Positions 8,949 through 17,051 of a stretch of DNA of 21,957 nt are shown in pieces (positions within the stretch are counted from its first letter, which is position 1; every line of letters begins with the position of its first letter). Position numbers and translations under genes: made by a program. Where the stretch lies: assembly GCA_016839785.1 (NCBI GenBank), contig JAEOTQ010000067.1, positions 1 to 21,957 on the forward strand, in the 5' to 3' direction. The stretch is from Candidatus Hodarchaeota archaeon. GTDB taxonomy: Archaea; Asgardarchaeota; Heimdallarchaeia; Hodarchaeales; Hodarchaeaceae. The notes under the pieces were generated by a model that was not told the origin of the DNA, did not search any database, and saw only the letters and a list, made by a program, of their open reading frames with translations.

Positions 8949-9656
8949 TCATTTTTTCCTTCTGGAATAACCAATCACTAAAACACTTAAGCTTATGGTC
9001 ATAATTTCGAGGAAGGGTGCTATCAAGCTAGTTGTTGTGGTTACGTTATCTGTCGGGTGAGTGGTTTGACTTTGTGATTCTAACCAAGCTGTGATATTGC
9101 CAACATAGATGTTCCCAGTCCCAACAAAGACGCTATACCCTGGATTGGTTTTTTCAAGCGTATATGTCCCACTTGCTTTTTTCGTTGGATCGCTAAGAGA
9201 ATAATCTATCCTCCAGTGACCCACATTATCACTCACTACATGCTGGATATACTCCCCACTGTATGTTTCATTTGGCGCGACTTCAAAGGACTTTTTTCCT
9301 TCCCATATCTCGGGTATTCTGTTTGGATCTTGGGGATAAAATTCAAAATTGACCGTAGAAGTGGAATTGGCATGAATGTAGATGGTGATATTCCATGTTG
9401 TCCCAATACAACAGGTTGAATCTTATTCTTGGCATAATTGTTGTGATGAGGAGGTAGTGGCAATAGTGAAAAACTGGGTGGTATTCACGGAATGAGGTGA
9501 TACTTGAAATACATAGAATGAACTTAAAGGGAAGTAGAGGATTAAACAAGTGAAAAAAAGGAAAAAGAAAGTGCGAGATTCTGGGAAAAATACTCGTTTA
9601 AATTCTGCTGGAGATTTCATTTCAATCACCCTATTGAGTTCATTTGAAATGTTCAT
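8949..9656 (-). pseudogene. Secreted/anchored protein, 'family B', interrupted by a single in-frame TAA (9423-9425)
   Basis: Track ORFs 9423-9656 and 8949-9236 are the same frame (708 nt total). It reads ...QQLCQE*DSTCCIGTTWNITIYIHANSTSTVNFEFYPQDPNRIPEIWEGKKSFEVAPNETYSGEYIQHVVSDNVGHW... through to a TM and RRKK. The paralog at 21711 has GAA (Glu) at the stop position. Confidence 0.85.
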
Positions 9657-9723
9657 AGAAACCCCTTTATTGATAATTTTTGTCTAAGCATCGTTTATAT
9701 GTCAATTCGATTGGCCAAAGTAT

Positions 9724-10365
9724 TTATCTTTTTTGAGTTCTGTCTGTCATTCTCCGCAAGAAAATTAGAACAACGCCAACGAGAATAGCAGTTGGGCCTA
9801 TCGAAGCAGGAGTAATTGAAATATAAGTGAAATGGTGTACATTAGACCAAGTGGTTAATAATTCATCTTGAAAATACATATATCCCTTTTCATGTGTACT
9901 TATAATCCCAAAATCAATTATAGTCTTATCCACAAGAATTTTTAAGGAAATAGACTCGGTGCACGGAGGACAAGTAAATTTTCCTTGCCAGTATCGATGA
10001 GAGCCTAGAGTGACAGGAAGAGAAAATTCTTCAGAGGGTAATTCTAAAACTGTGAATTCTGAGTAATTTGGTTTGTGTCCACTCATGGTACTATTCACTT
10101 GCTCCAACGTGTGCGGGACATCATCTAAGTTGGCGATTCCTAAGGTGAATAATATAATATTAATGCTATCCCATTGAGTAATTGTTCCTGAATTGTTTAT
10201 CTCACCCCCACAATATCCTGTTTCCAAATCAAGGATTTTTACACTAATATTCGTCTCTAATGATCCTTTTGTTGTTAAAACTGGTATTAACCCTAATATT
10301 CCCAGAATAAGAATAATCAATATATGTCGGGGTCTCTTCTCATCCAAATATCTCTTCACCACCAA
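9724..10365 (-). CDS. Hypothetical secreted/anchored protein, 'family A' (paralog of 8031-8747)
   Basis: Signal peptide, IANLDDVPHTL, LPVTLGSHRYWQ, and C-terminal TM with RR tail. Confidence 0.8.
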   Translation of the reverse strand: MVVKRYLDEKRPRHILIILILGILGLIPVLTTKGSLETNISVKILDLETGYCGGEINNSGTITQWDSINIILFTLGIANLDDVPHTLEQVNSTMSGHKPNYSEFTVLELPSEEFSLPVTLGSHRYWQGKFTCPPCTESISLKILVDKTIIDFGIISTHEKGYMYFQDELLTTWSNVHHFTYISITPASIGPTAILVGVVLIFLRRMTDRTQKR

Positions 10366-10482
10366 TTTATTATATCATGAGGGACTTGATAGAACTTAAA
10401 GATTTTCGTTTTTTGGTAGCTTATAAGGGAGAGAAGAGCTAGCTGATGAACACCTCCTAACGCTTGTACTCAACTCATACCC

Positions 10483-11271
10483 ATGGAGGGTGTTGTTTGC
10501 GAGTTTCCCGGAATGACTACCCCAATAATCAAGATCCCCAAAGCGATTTTTAAAGCGTATTATTTTTCTCTTCGGGCCCAACATTATGATCAGCTCGGAA
10601 GCGTCAAAAAGGCTATGGGCTTGTATCTTCATGCAGCTCGTCTATTTACGAGTACAATGAAAAAATTTCCTAAATTTGCGTATTTTCCCTTATGGGCAGA
10701 ACAAACTCGCTTAGTAATTGCCCGTTTGAAGCACTTAAACAAGGAACTCACTCCTACTTCCGAAACTTCCCAAACTCTCTCAAATAAAGAACCTGCAAAA
10801 TCAAAGGAAGAACAGACCCTAACCGCTCTGGTTGCCCAAAGTATTGTCACACCCAATCCCAACTTAACCTGGGCTGATATCATTGGGTTAGATCAAGTCG
10901 TAGAAGAGCTGCAGAAGCTCATCTTTTTACCGCTCCAGCGAACTGAGCTGTTACAGGGGAATATTACCACTCCGCGAACTGTTCTTTTATTTGGTCCACC
11001 TGGATGTGGTAAGACCCATTTGGTCCGTGTTCTTGCCTCTCAGGTCAATGTCCCAGTGTATAGTATTTCCGCCGCGACCCTTCTTTCCAAATGGATGGGT
11101 GAAAGCCAGAAAATGGTCCATGCCTATTATCAGGCTGCTTGGGCCAATAGTCCCTCAATTGTCTTTATTGATGAATTTGATGGGTTATTTGGTAGTCCGT
11201 CTCATGCTTCGTCAGGGTCAGAAGCGTCTACTACTGCCATTCAGATTCAAAAAGAGCTGCAACAACATTGA
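10483..11271 (+). pseudogene. Vps4-like MIT-AAA+ ATPase, C-terminally truncated/frameshifted
   Basis: N-terminal MIT-like three-helix region (AQHYDQLG..KKAMGLY..AA..F...W.......RLKHL), then P...W.DIIGL, Walker A GPPGCGKT, pore loop SKWMGESQK and Walker B IVFIDEFD. It stops at KELQQH*, and another frame continues IDGFGNNK (the expected MDG motif). Confidence 0.8.
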
Positions 11272-11375
11272 TGGGTTTGGAAATAATAAAAGGTTTTTTA
11301 TTTTAGAGTTAGGAAAAATATCTAGACCTAGCTTACATTGTGAAATAAGGGATTTAAGGAGAGGAATTGACTTAA

Positions 11376-11861
11376 TTACAATGATTCATCGGTTTTTAAT
11401 TTTAGCTGATTAAAAAGAATTATTTTCCCGAGAAGAGAGTCTCTTCCTAGATTGACTAATTTTTCTTCTGAAAGGTCAGCAATTATGGTTGACATTGGAG
11501 TCTCATCAGAAAAGTCCATAATTTCTTGTAATTTTAATATCTCAAAATTTAATTGGTTCAACTGACTGAAATTCATGACTTGAAGATCTAGGACCTTTTT
11601 CACCTCTTCCAGTCTTAAATAGAGTACATTAAGATCTTTAACTGACATATTTCTTGGTAAGCCCAGTTCTTCTTGCATTAGCTTGAGGATTTGCCAAGTC
11701 ACCTTGATATTCGTATCAGAAGTTTCAGAATACATCTTTAATTCTTTAAGCTCGGCTTTTTCAATATTCATCTGTTTTTGGGGGGCCGTAGCATTCACAT
11801 CCAAGACAATTTTATTATATGAGTTTTCTTGAATTACATTCATCTGATATTCTTGGAACAT
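11376..11861 (-). CDS. Hypothetical helical/coiled-coil protein
   Basis: 161-aa ORF rich in E/L/K/Q with protein-like composition and GAGGGG directly upstream of the ATG. No family recognised. Confidence 0.6.
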   Translation of the reverse strand: MFQEYQMNVIQENSYNKIVLDVNATAPQKQMNIEKAELKELKMYSETSDTNIKVTWQILKLMQEELGLPRNMSVKDLNVLYLRLEEVKKVLDLQVMNFSQLNQLNFEILKLQEIMDFSDETPMSTIIADLSEEKLVNLGRDSLLGKIILFNQLKLKTDESL

Positions 11862-12139
11862 CCCCTCATTTAATCAATCGTAATATAAAAGTGACATGAC
11901 AAAGAGTCGGAGATGTGATACGAAGAATATGAGAAGAAAGAAGTCTTCTACATAAGTGTTCATGACTGAATTTGTCAGATAACCCTTTAAAAAAAGAGTT
12001 CTGGACAGGACGAGTCATGCATCCGCTATCAGGAGAATGAAGAATCACAAACTGATACCTCATTCGAAGGATAATTTGAAACTAGGAATCGATTGAGATT
12101 TTAGTACATTGATTTCAATGACTAATAGCTGTTACAACC

Positions 12140-12290
12140 TCACCTTTGACGAGTAACCGTCCAACGTAGTAACGAGGGTGTCACACCAAGATCAATGCCA
12201 AGTTCACGGCTTCATTCTTCAGTTTTTGACAGGAGTAACCCCTTTTAGGGATTTAAGAGAGAAAACCCCCCCTTCACTTTTGACGGTGAA
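12140..12290. repeat. Three imperfect direct repeats TCA(C/G)-Y-TTTGAC in an intergenic region
   Basis: 12140 tcacctttgacgagtaacc, 12219 tcagtttttgacaggagtaacc, 12274 tcacttttgacggtgaa. Confidence 0.45.
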
Positions 12291-12299
12291 TTCTCTAAA

Positions 12300-12404
12300 A
12301 TCCGACAAAACGTATCGAAATATGCTTCATTAGGTCTACATTATTATCTGGCATTTTAATTAAGTCCATAATTCCTTCTTTCTTATGTTCAGATTTTGTC
12401 GGAT
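12300..12404. repeat. 11-bp perfect inverted repeat
   Basis: atccgacaaaa (12300-12310) and ttttgtcggat (12394-12404), 83-nt spacer. Confidence 0.55.
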
Positions 12405-12611
12405 AATTATTATGAGTAATTCTCAGAATAAAGAGTTTATAGAGTCTATAATTCAAAATAATGTCATCTATTTGCTGATATTTTCTTTAGAATGATTTAT
12501 ATAGGAAAACTAGATGTACACTTTTGTTAGATGGAGCTAGATGTCAAAAATTCTTTGGAAAAAATAGTATACAAGAAAAGGATATGAGAAGCAACTAAAC
12601 AATTAATAATC

Positions 12612-15230
12612 TTGGAACATTTCGATTTCTCCACTAATTCAAAACGGATATTGAGGAAATTGTTAGTGAAGCACATCCAAAAGATTAAGTACAGTATAGT
12701 GTTCTTTATAATTTTACTAACTCTTAAAACATTTTCTGTTCAATATTTGGGAGAGCCAATCTCTAATTCATATGAATCCATCTCAAAAGCTAATTTTAAG
12801 GAATATCTTGGACGTTCTGATTCAAGTTCTGCTAGAATGAGTAAAATGAATGCAAATACTTCTTCTTTGACTTCGAATAATCGATGGGTGGATACACGAT
12901 TTCTGTTTCGGAAGAACTTTACAATCCCCATTTCAAACATATTTGGGAATTTAACCGATTTTCCAGTATTACTTGATATATATGATAAAGATCTAAAGAA
13001 TCGTACTTTATTTGACAATTTTCATCTCCTTTTCACGAATAAATATGGACAAATCCTCCCTCATGAAATAGAACTTTTCAATCCAGAGCATAATGAAACC
13101 CATTGTCATCTTATCACCTGGGTTAAGACAAACCTCACTACCACAGATGATAATATTCTTTCAATGTATTATGGAATCAACTCATCTTACGCACAAAATA
13201 TTCCTGAACAAGTATGGAGTAGTCAATACCTTGGAGTTTGGCATTTGTCTGAAAATTCAGGACCACGCTATGATTCGACAATTAATAAACTAGATCTGAG
13301 CCCACAAAACTATAATAAAGATGAAGCCACTATTGGTATAATTGGGAGTGCAGATGATTTTGATGGAATTGATGATTATCTAGAGACATATAAAACACCA
13401 ACTGAAATAGGATTGAACGGAAAGAATAATAAAACAGTGAGTATGTGGATTTACACAAGAGAATTTACTTCAAGAGGGCTTTTTGAATTTGGACAATTTG
13501 CTAATAGGCGATTTTTTTCATTACGAACCCAAAATAAATCTAATGAATGGAAGGCAGATTGGTGGGGGGCAAGTGATTCTTTCACTTTTCCTTCTGAAAA
13601 CATATGGATCTACCTAGTTATCACGTACAATAATGAGACATTAAAGATTTTTGCCAATAGTGAATTAATGGTAAACAGCACACAAAATCTGAATACTGGA
13701 GAAAAAATAACCTTAAGATTCGGAACCACCTTAAATCAGTCATTTTCAGGAAAAATAGATGAGATCCGTATTTCCAAGAATGTCCAATCAGAAGAATGTA
13801 TAAAAACAGAATATTTGAATCAGAAGGATCCATCTAGGTTTTATTTACCAGGGAATCAGGAGATAGATGCTACAGCCCCTACAATACACAATTTTGGAAT
13901 CAACAGTCAAGGAAAGGGTAGTGTAAATTTTTTTGCCAATGTTGAAGACGATTACACAACAGTGAAGGAAGTTACAATCAAAGTTGGGGAGTCATTTTTC
14001 CAAATGCAGCAAAATTTTTCTGGAATCTGGTATTATAACTACTCGCCAATCTATTATGGTGAACAGCTTGTATATCAAATTGTGAATGCATCGGATCTTT
14101 TTGGAAATTTTCTCTCTGAATCGTCAGAAGAAAAAGTATTTGAATATCTCGTTGATCAAGAAAATCCTAAAATTAAAACTTTATACTTCATCATTAATAA
14201 CGAAAGAAACCCAACCAATCTAACTTTTTATTCTGAAATTGAGGAATATGGATCAGGTATTGACAATGTTACGTTATATTATTACTTCGAAGAAATAAGC
14301 AATAATCAAACAGGAATAGGAGCGTCTATTGTCCAAGCAGATAGTTTAAATTGGTCACACACATTAATGGACTGTGAAAATGAGAGTGAGGGAATCTATT
14401 TATTCCGAAAAACAATCCCGTTTTTACAAAATGAGACTACTTGGAAAATAATCTATCAATTATACTCAACTGATAAATGTGGGAATATAAATAACAATCC
14501 TTTCACAATCAACCCAGAAAACGCGTTACAATCGATTATCATTTATAATTCTGTTTCTACTCTTGATAATCCAGTGATAAAGGATTTAAATCAGTATATA
14601 TCATTGATCACCATCTCTTTTCTAATATTCCTTCTGTTTTCAGGTGTTTATGTTAAATTTATCCGAAAACACCATCAATTTGGAATTGACCCGACTTTCC
14701 TTTTAATGAAGTCTAAGCGTGTGAGTGAAAAGGATATTAAAAGAGTAATTGATGACCATACAATAGGAATTGTACTTTCCTATTTTGACCAACATCGAGG
14801 GCCAACACCTATTTTAACAGTCCCAATATCTCTTGAAACTGAAAGTAACTCTTTTATGAATCTTGCTGTACAATCTTTCAGTACCTGTAAATTTTCACGT
14901 AATTATGAAGACCTCTCTCATGCACTATTTAATTATTCATACGAAAACTCCCATAAAACGATCAATCTCAAATCAATTTCCTATACATTTGTAATTGTTA
15001 AGCCGGAAGCGCGTGGAGGAGTTGAGAATTTGTGTTTGAGCGTTTTAGCTGTCGATAAAGTAGCAAGACTACTTATGCAAATCCCAGACATATTGGAGGA
15101 ACGAGTAAAACGAATCCAAAATTTACTTGATAAAGATACAGAAGATCAATTGATCATTTTAAATGAAATGGATGAATTTCGAAAAATGATTTCACGAATA
15201 GTTCTATCTTATACTAAAATTTATCACTAA
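12612..15230 (+). CDS. DUF2341/LamG-domain membrane protein with Ig-like repeats, a TM segment and a cytoplasmic uDENN/longin-like C-terminal domain
   Basis: DUF2341-like FRK..TI...LTDFPVLL...L.HEIE...WVK...MYYG, followed by VW...YLGVWHL. LamG-like FDG.DDY...F.G.IDEIRIS. D.T.P.I Ig-like starts. TM at about 14594-14662. C-terminal IVLSYFDQHRGP.P and ARGG.E...LSV. The start codon (TTG) is uncertain. Confidence 0.8.
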   Translation: MEHFDFSTNSKRILRKLLVKHIQKIKYSIVFFIILLTLKTFSVQYLGEPISNSYESISKANFKEYLGRSDSSSARMSKMNANTSSLTSNNRWVDTRFLFRKNFTIPISNIFGNLTDFPVLLDIYDKDLKNRTLFDNFHLLFTNKYGQILPHEIELFNPEHNETHCHLITWVKTNLTTTDDNILSMYYGINSSYAQNIPEQVWSSQYLGVWHLSENSGPRYDSTINKLDLSPQNYNKDEATIGIIGSADDFDGIDDYLETYKTPTEIGLNGKNNKTVSMWIYTREFTSRGLFEFGQFANRRFFSLRTQNKSNEWKADWWGASDSFTFPSENIWIYLVITYNNETLKIFANSELMVNSTQNLNTGEKITLRFGTTLNQSFSGKIDEIRISKNVQSEECIKTEYLNQKDPSRFYLPGNQEIDATAPTIHNFGINSQGKGSVNFFANVEDDYTTVKEVTIKVGESFFQMQQNFSGIWYYNYSPIYYGEQLVYQIVNASDLFGNFLSESSEEKVFEYLVDQENPKIKTLYFIINNERNPTNLTFYSEIEEYGSGIDNVTLYYYFEEISNNQTGIGASIVQADSLNWSHTLMDCENESEGIYLFRKTIPFLQNETTWKIIYQLYSTDKCGNINNNPFTINPENALQSIIIYNSVSTLDNPVIKDLNQYISLITISFLIFLLFSGVYVKFIRKHHQFGIDPTFLLMKSKRVSEKDIKRVIDDHTIGIVLSYFDQHRGPTPILTVPISLETESNSFMNLAVQSFSTCKFSRNYEDLSHALFNYSYENSHKTINLKSISYTFVIVKPEARGGVENLCLSVLAVDKVARLLMQIPDILEERVKRIQNLLDKDTEDQLIILNEMDEFRKMISRIVLSYTKIYH

Positions 15231-16071
15231 TACGGTTATTGATTGAACATTGACAAAAATATGAACTCTCATCACTAGTGTGACTGAAAATCGAAGCGTT
15301 AAACCTTTATTTCGTTTTTTAAGGAACTTAACTGAGTCCTTTTAGTGATAATCTCTTAAGGCATTCTTTGATTAGGTGTAATTGATTTACATTTTTAATT
15401 CTCTCAAGTTCACCTCAGCACTGGTGGGAAAATTGATTTTAATAACTGCAATTGTTAGAAAAACAAAAGAAAATAGAAAATAAAGTTCATTTCTTGAAAT
15501 ACTCTCCCCAACGTTTTTAGTAAGAAAATTATAGATTGCTTTATATGAGCAATTGATTCTCGAATTTCAATTTCATTTATTCTTTCCTTTTTTTTGACCC
15601 AGTTTACAAAGAAATATCCGATCACATTTGGGAACCCCTGAAGGATGAAAGCTATCTATATGTACGGCTTCCGTCGAAGAAACGAGAGGCGTTGAAGGCT
15701 ATACGTGTTGATTAGGATTATCACACTTACTAAGACTAGAAATATTGAAACAATGTAACATCCTATTCCCGCCCCTATGGCTTTTCTCTCCTGTTTTAGA
15801 TAGGTCTTTATTGAGTTTAACACCATTATGGACACATTTTATCTAAATGTTTGGTTTCAGATATTTGATGACTCCCTGATTGGTTGGATGATTGCCATGT
15901 AAATTCTCACCAATGAAATGTATATTTCTGGGATCAAAAGATTTATTTTGAACAGAATGTAAAGTAAATATCTTATAATCTTCTCACTTTTAGATTGGGG
16001 AATGTAATTTGCTTAAAAATCCTCACCAGATTATGCAAAATAATAAATAATGCATCTTTATTGCTTCTTCT

Positions 16072-16644
16072 ATGGTAATTCTAAAGCTCGAACCGAGATT
16101 TTCACCTTTTCAAATGCCCTGTGTAATCATTGGAACAATTGTTAATGAAAAACCCAATTTTATGTGTGTTACTTGGGTTAATCGCGTGAATCGAACACCA
16201 CCGTTATATATGGTCTCTATTAATAAAACTCATTATACTATGGAGGGTATTAAAAAGAACAAAGTTTTTAGCATTAATTTTCCTTCATGTGATCTCGTAA
16301 AGCAAGTTGACTATATTGGTATCACTTCAGGAAAACATGTAGATAAATCAAAGGTGTTTGATATTTTTTACGGAGAGATTAAAGCTCCCTTGATCGAAGA
16401 ATGTCCATTGACTATTGAATTGTCATTAACTAACCTTATTGAGCTACCTGATCACTATATGGTAATAGGAACCGCGGTTAATACCTATTTTAATGAGGAA
16501 TATCTCACAGATGGTTTACCTGATTTTAAGAAGATGAACTTAATTATCTATACTGGTATTAAGAATAAACAGGCATATTGGTCTATCGGAGAAAAACAAG
16601 CTGATGCCTTTAAAATTGGAAAAGAATTAAAAAAAAAGAAATAA
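16072..16644 (+). CDS. Flavin reductase family protein (flavoredoxin-like)
   Basis: Motifs P..IIGT....KPNFM...W...N..PP, HYT..GI..N..FSINFP, DY.GI.SG...DKS, APLIEECP...E and H..VIG. Confidence 0.9.
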   Translation: MVILKLEPRFSPFQMPCVIIGTIVNEKPNFMCVTWVNRVNRTPPLYMVSINKTHYTMEGIKKNKVFSINFPSCDLVKQVDYIGITSGKHVDKSKVFDIFYGEIKAPLIEECPLTIELSLTNLIELPDHYMVIGTAVNTYFNEEYLTDGLPDFKKMNLIIYTGIKNKQAYWSIGEKQADAFKIGKELKKKK

Positions 16645-16985
16645 GTAATAGCCACTTCCTTAATAATTTTCTTATTAAAGTTCCACTCTCCAAGAATATT
16701 TTCGATGTAAGAGCCCTTAAACTTTTGTTCCGTCCATTCAGTGGTGGGCTAATGGGGCAAATAGGGCACACATTTTTGTGACAGTCGATCCTGTAACTCC
16801 AAGTAGATTTTTCTCCTAACGACTCGTTTTCCTTGGCTTTGTGTACGACTTGTGGATTTCAGTGACTCCCTCACTAGTTATTGTCACTTCTGCTTTTTAA
16901 ATTCATAACTTTTGCGGGAACTATTGGTTTGACTTCTTTGTCCAGTTATTTTCTAAGTTTTTTTCTGAATTCATTAGTCTCCTTG

Positions 16986-16999
16986 AGAAACCTTTTATA
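16986..16999 (+). promoter_or_regulatory. Candidate archaeal BRE-TATA promoter for 17052-18671
   Basis: agaaacc-ttttata, about 55 nt upstream of the GTG start. Confidence 0.35.
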
Positions 17000-17051
17000 G
17001 AACAGTGGAGTCCTAATGGATAGGTTCTGATGAAGGATTGATGAATGAACA

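Noticed and set aside
9423-9425. Stop-codon recoding (Sec/Pyl or alternative code)
   Set aside because: The codon is TAA, not TGA or TAG. The paralog has Glu there, and TAA terminates many genes in the window.
9216-9549. Three small overlapping ORFs suggesting a frameshifted gene
   Set aside because: A single frame with one in-frame TAA explains the region, so these are off-frame artefacts.
10991-11413. 140-aa plus-strand ORF as an independent gene
   Set aside because: Mostly an alternative frame of the AAA gene. Only the IDGFGNNK stretch is plausibly the frameshifted continuation.
11866-12063. 65-aa minus-strand ORF
   Set aside because: Short, with atypical composition and no recognisable motif. 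It cannot be supported.
12130-12300. tRNA or CRISPR array
   Set aside because: No cloverleaf or T-loop consensus. The repeats are short, degenerate and irregularly spaced.
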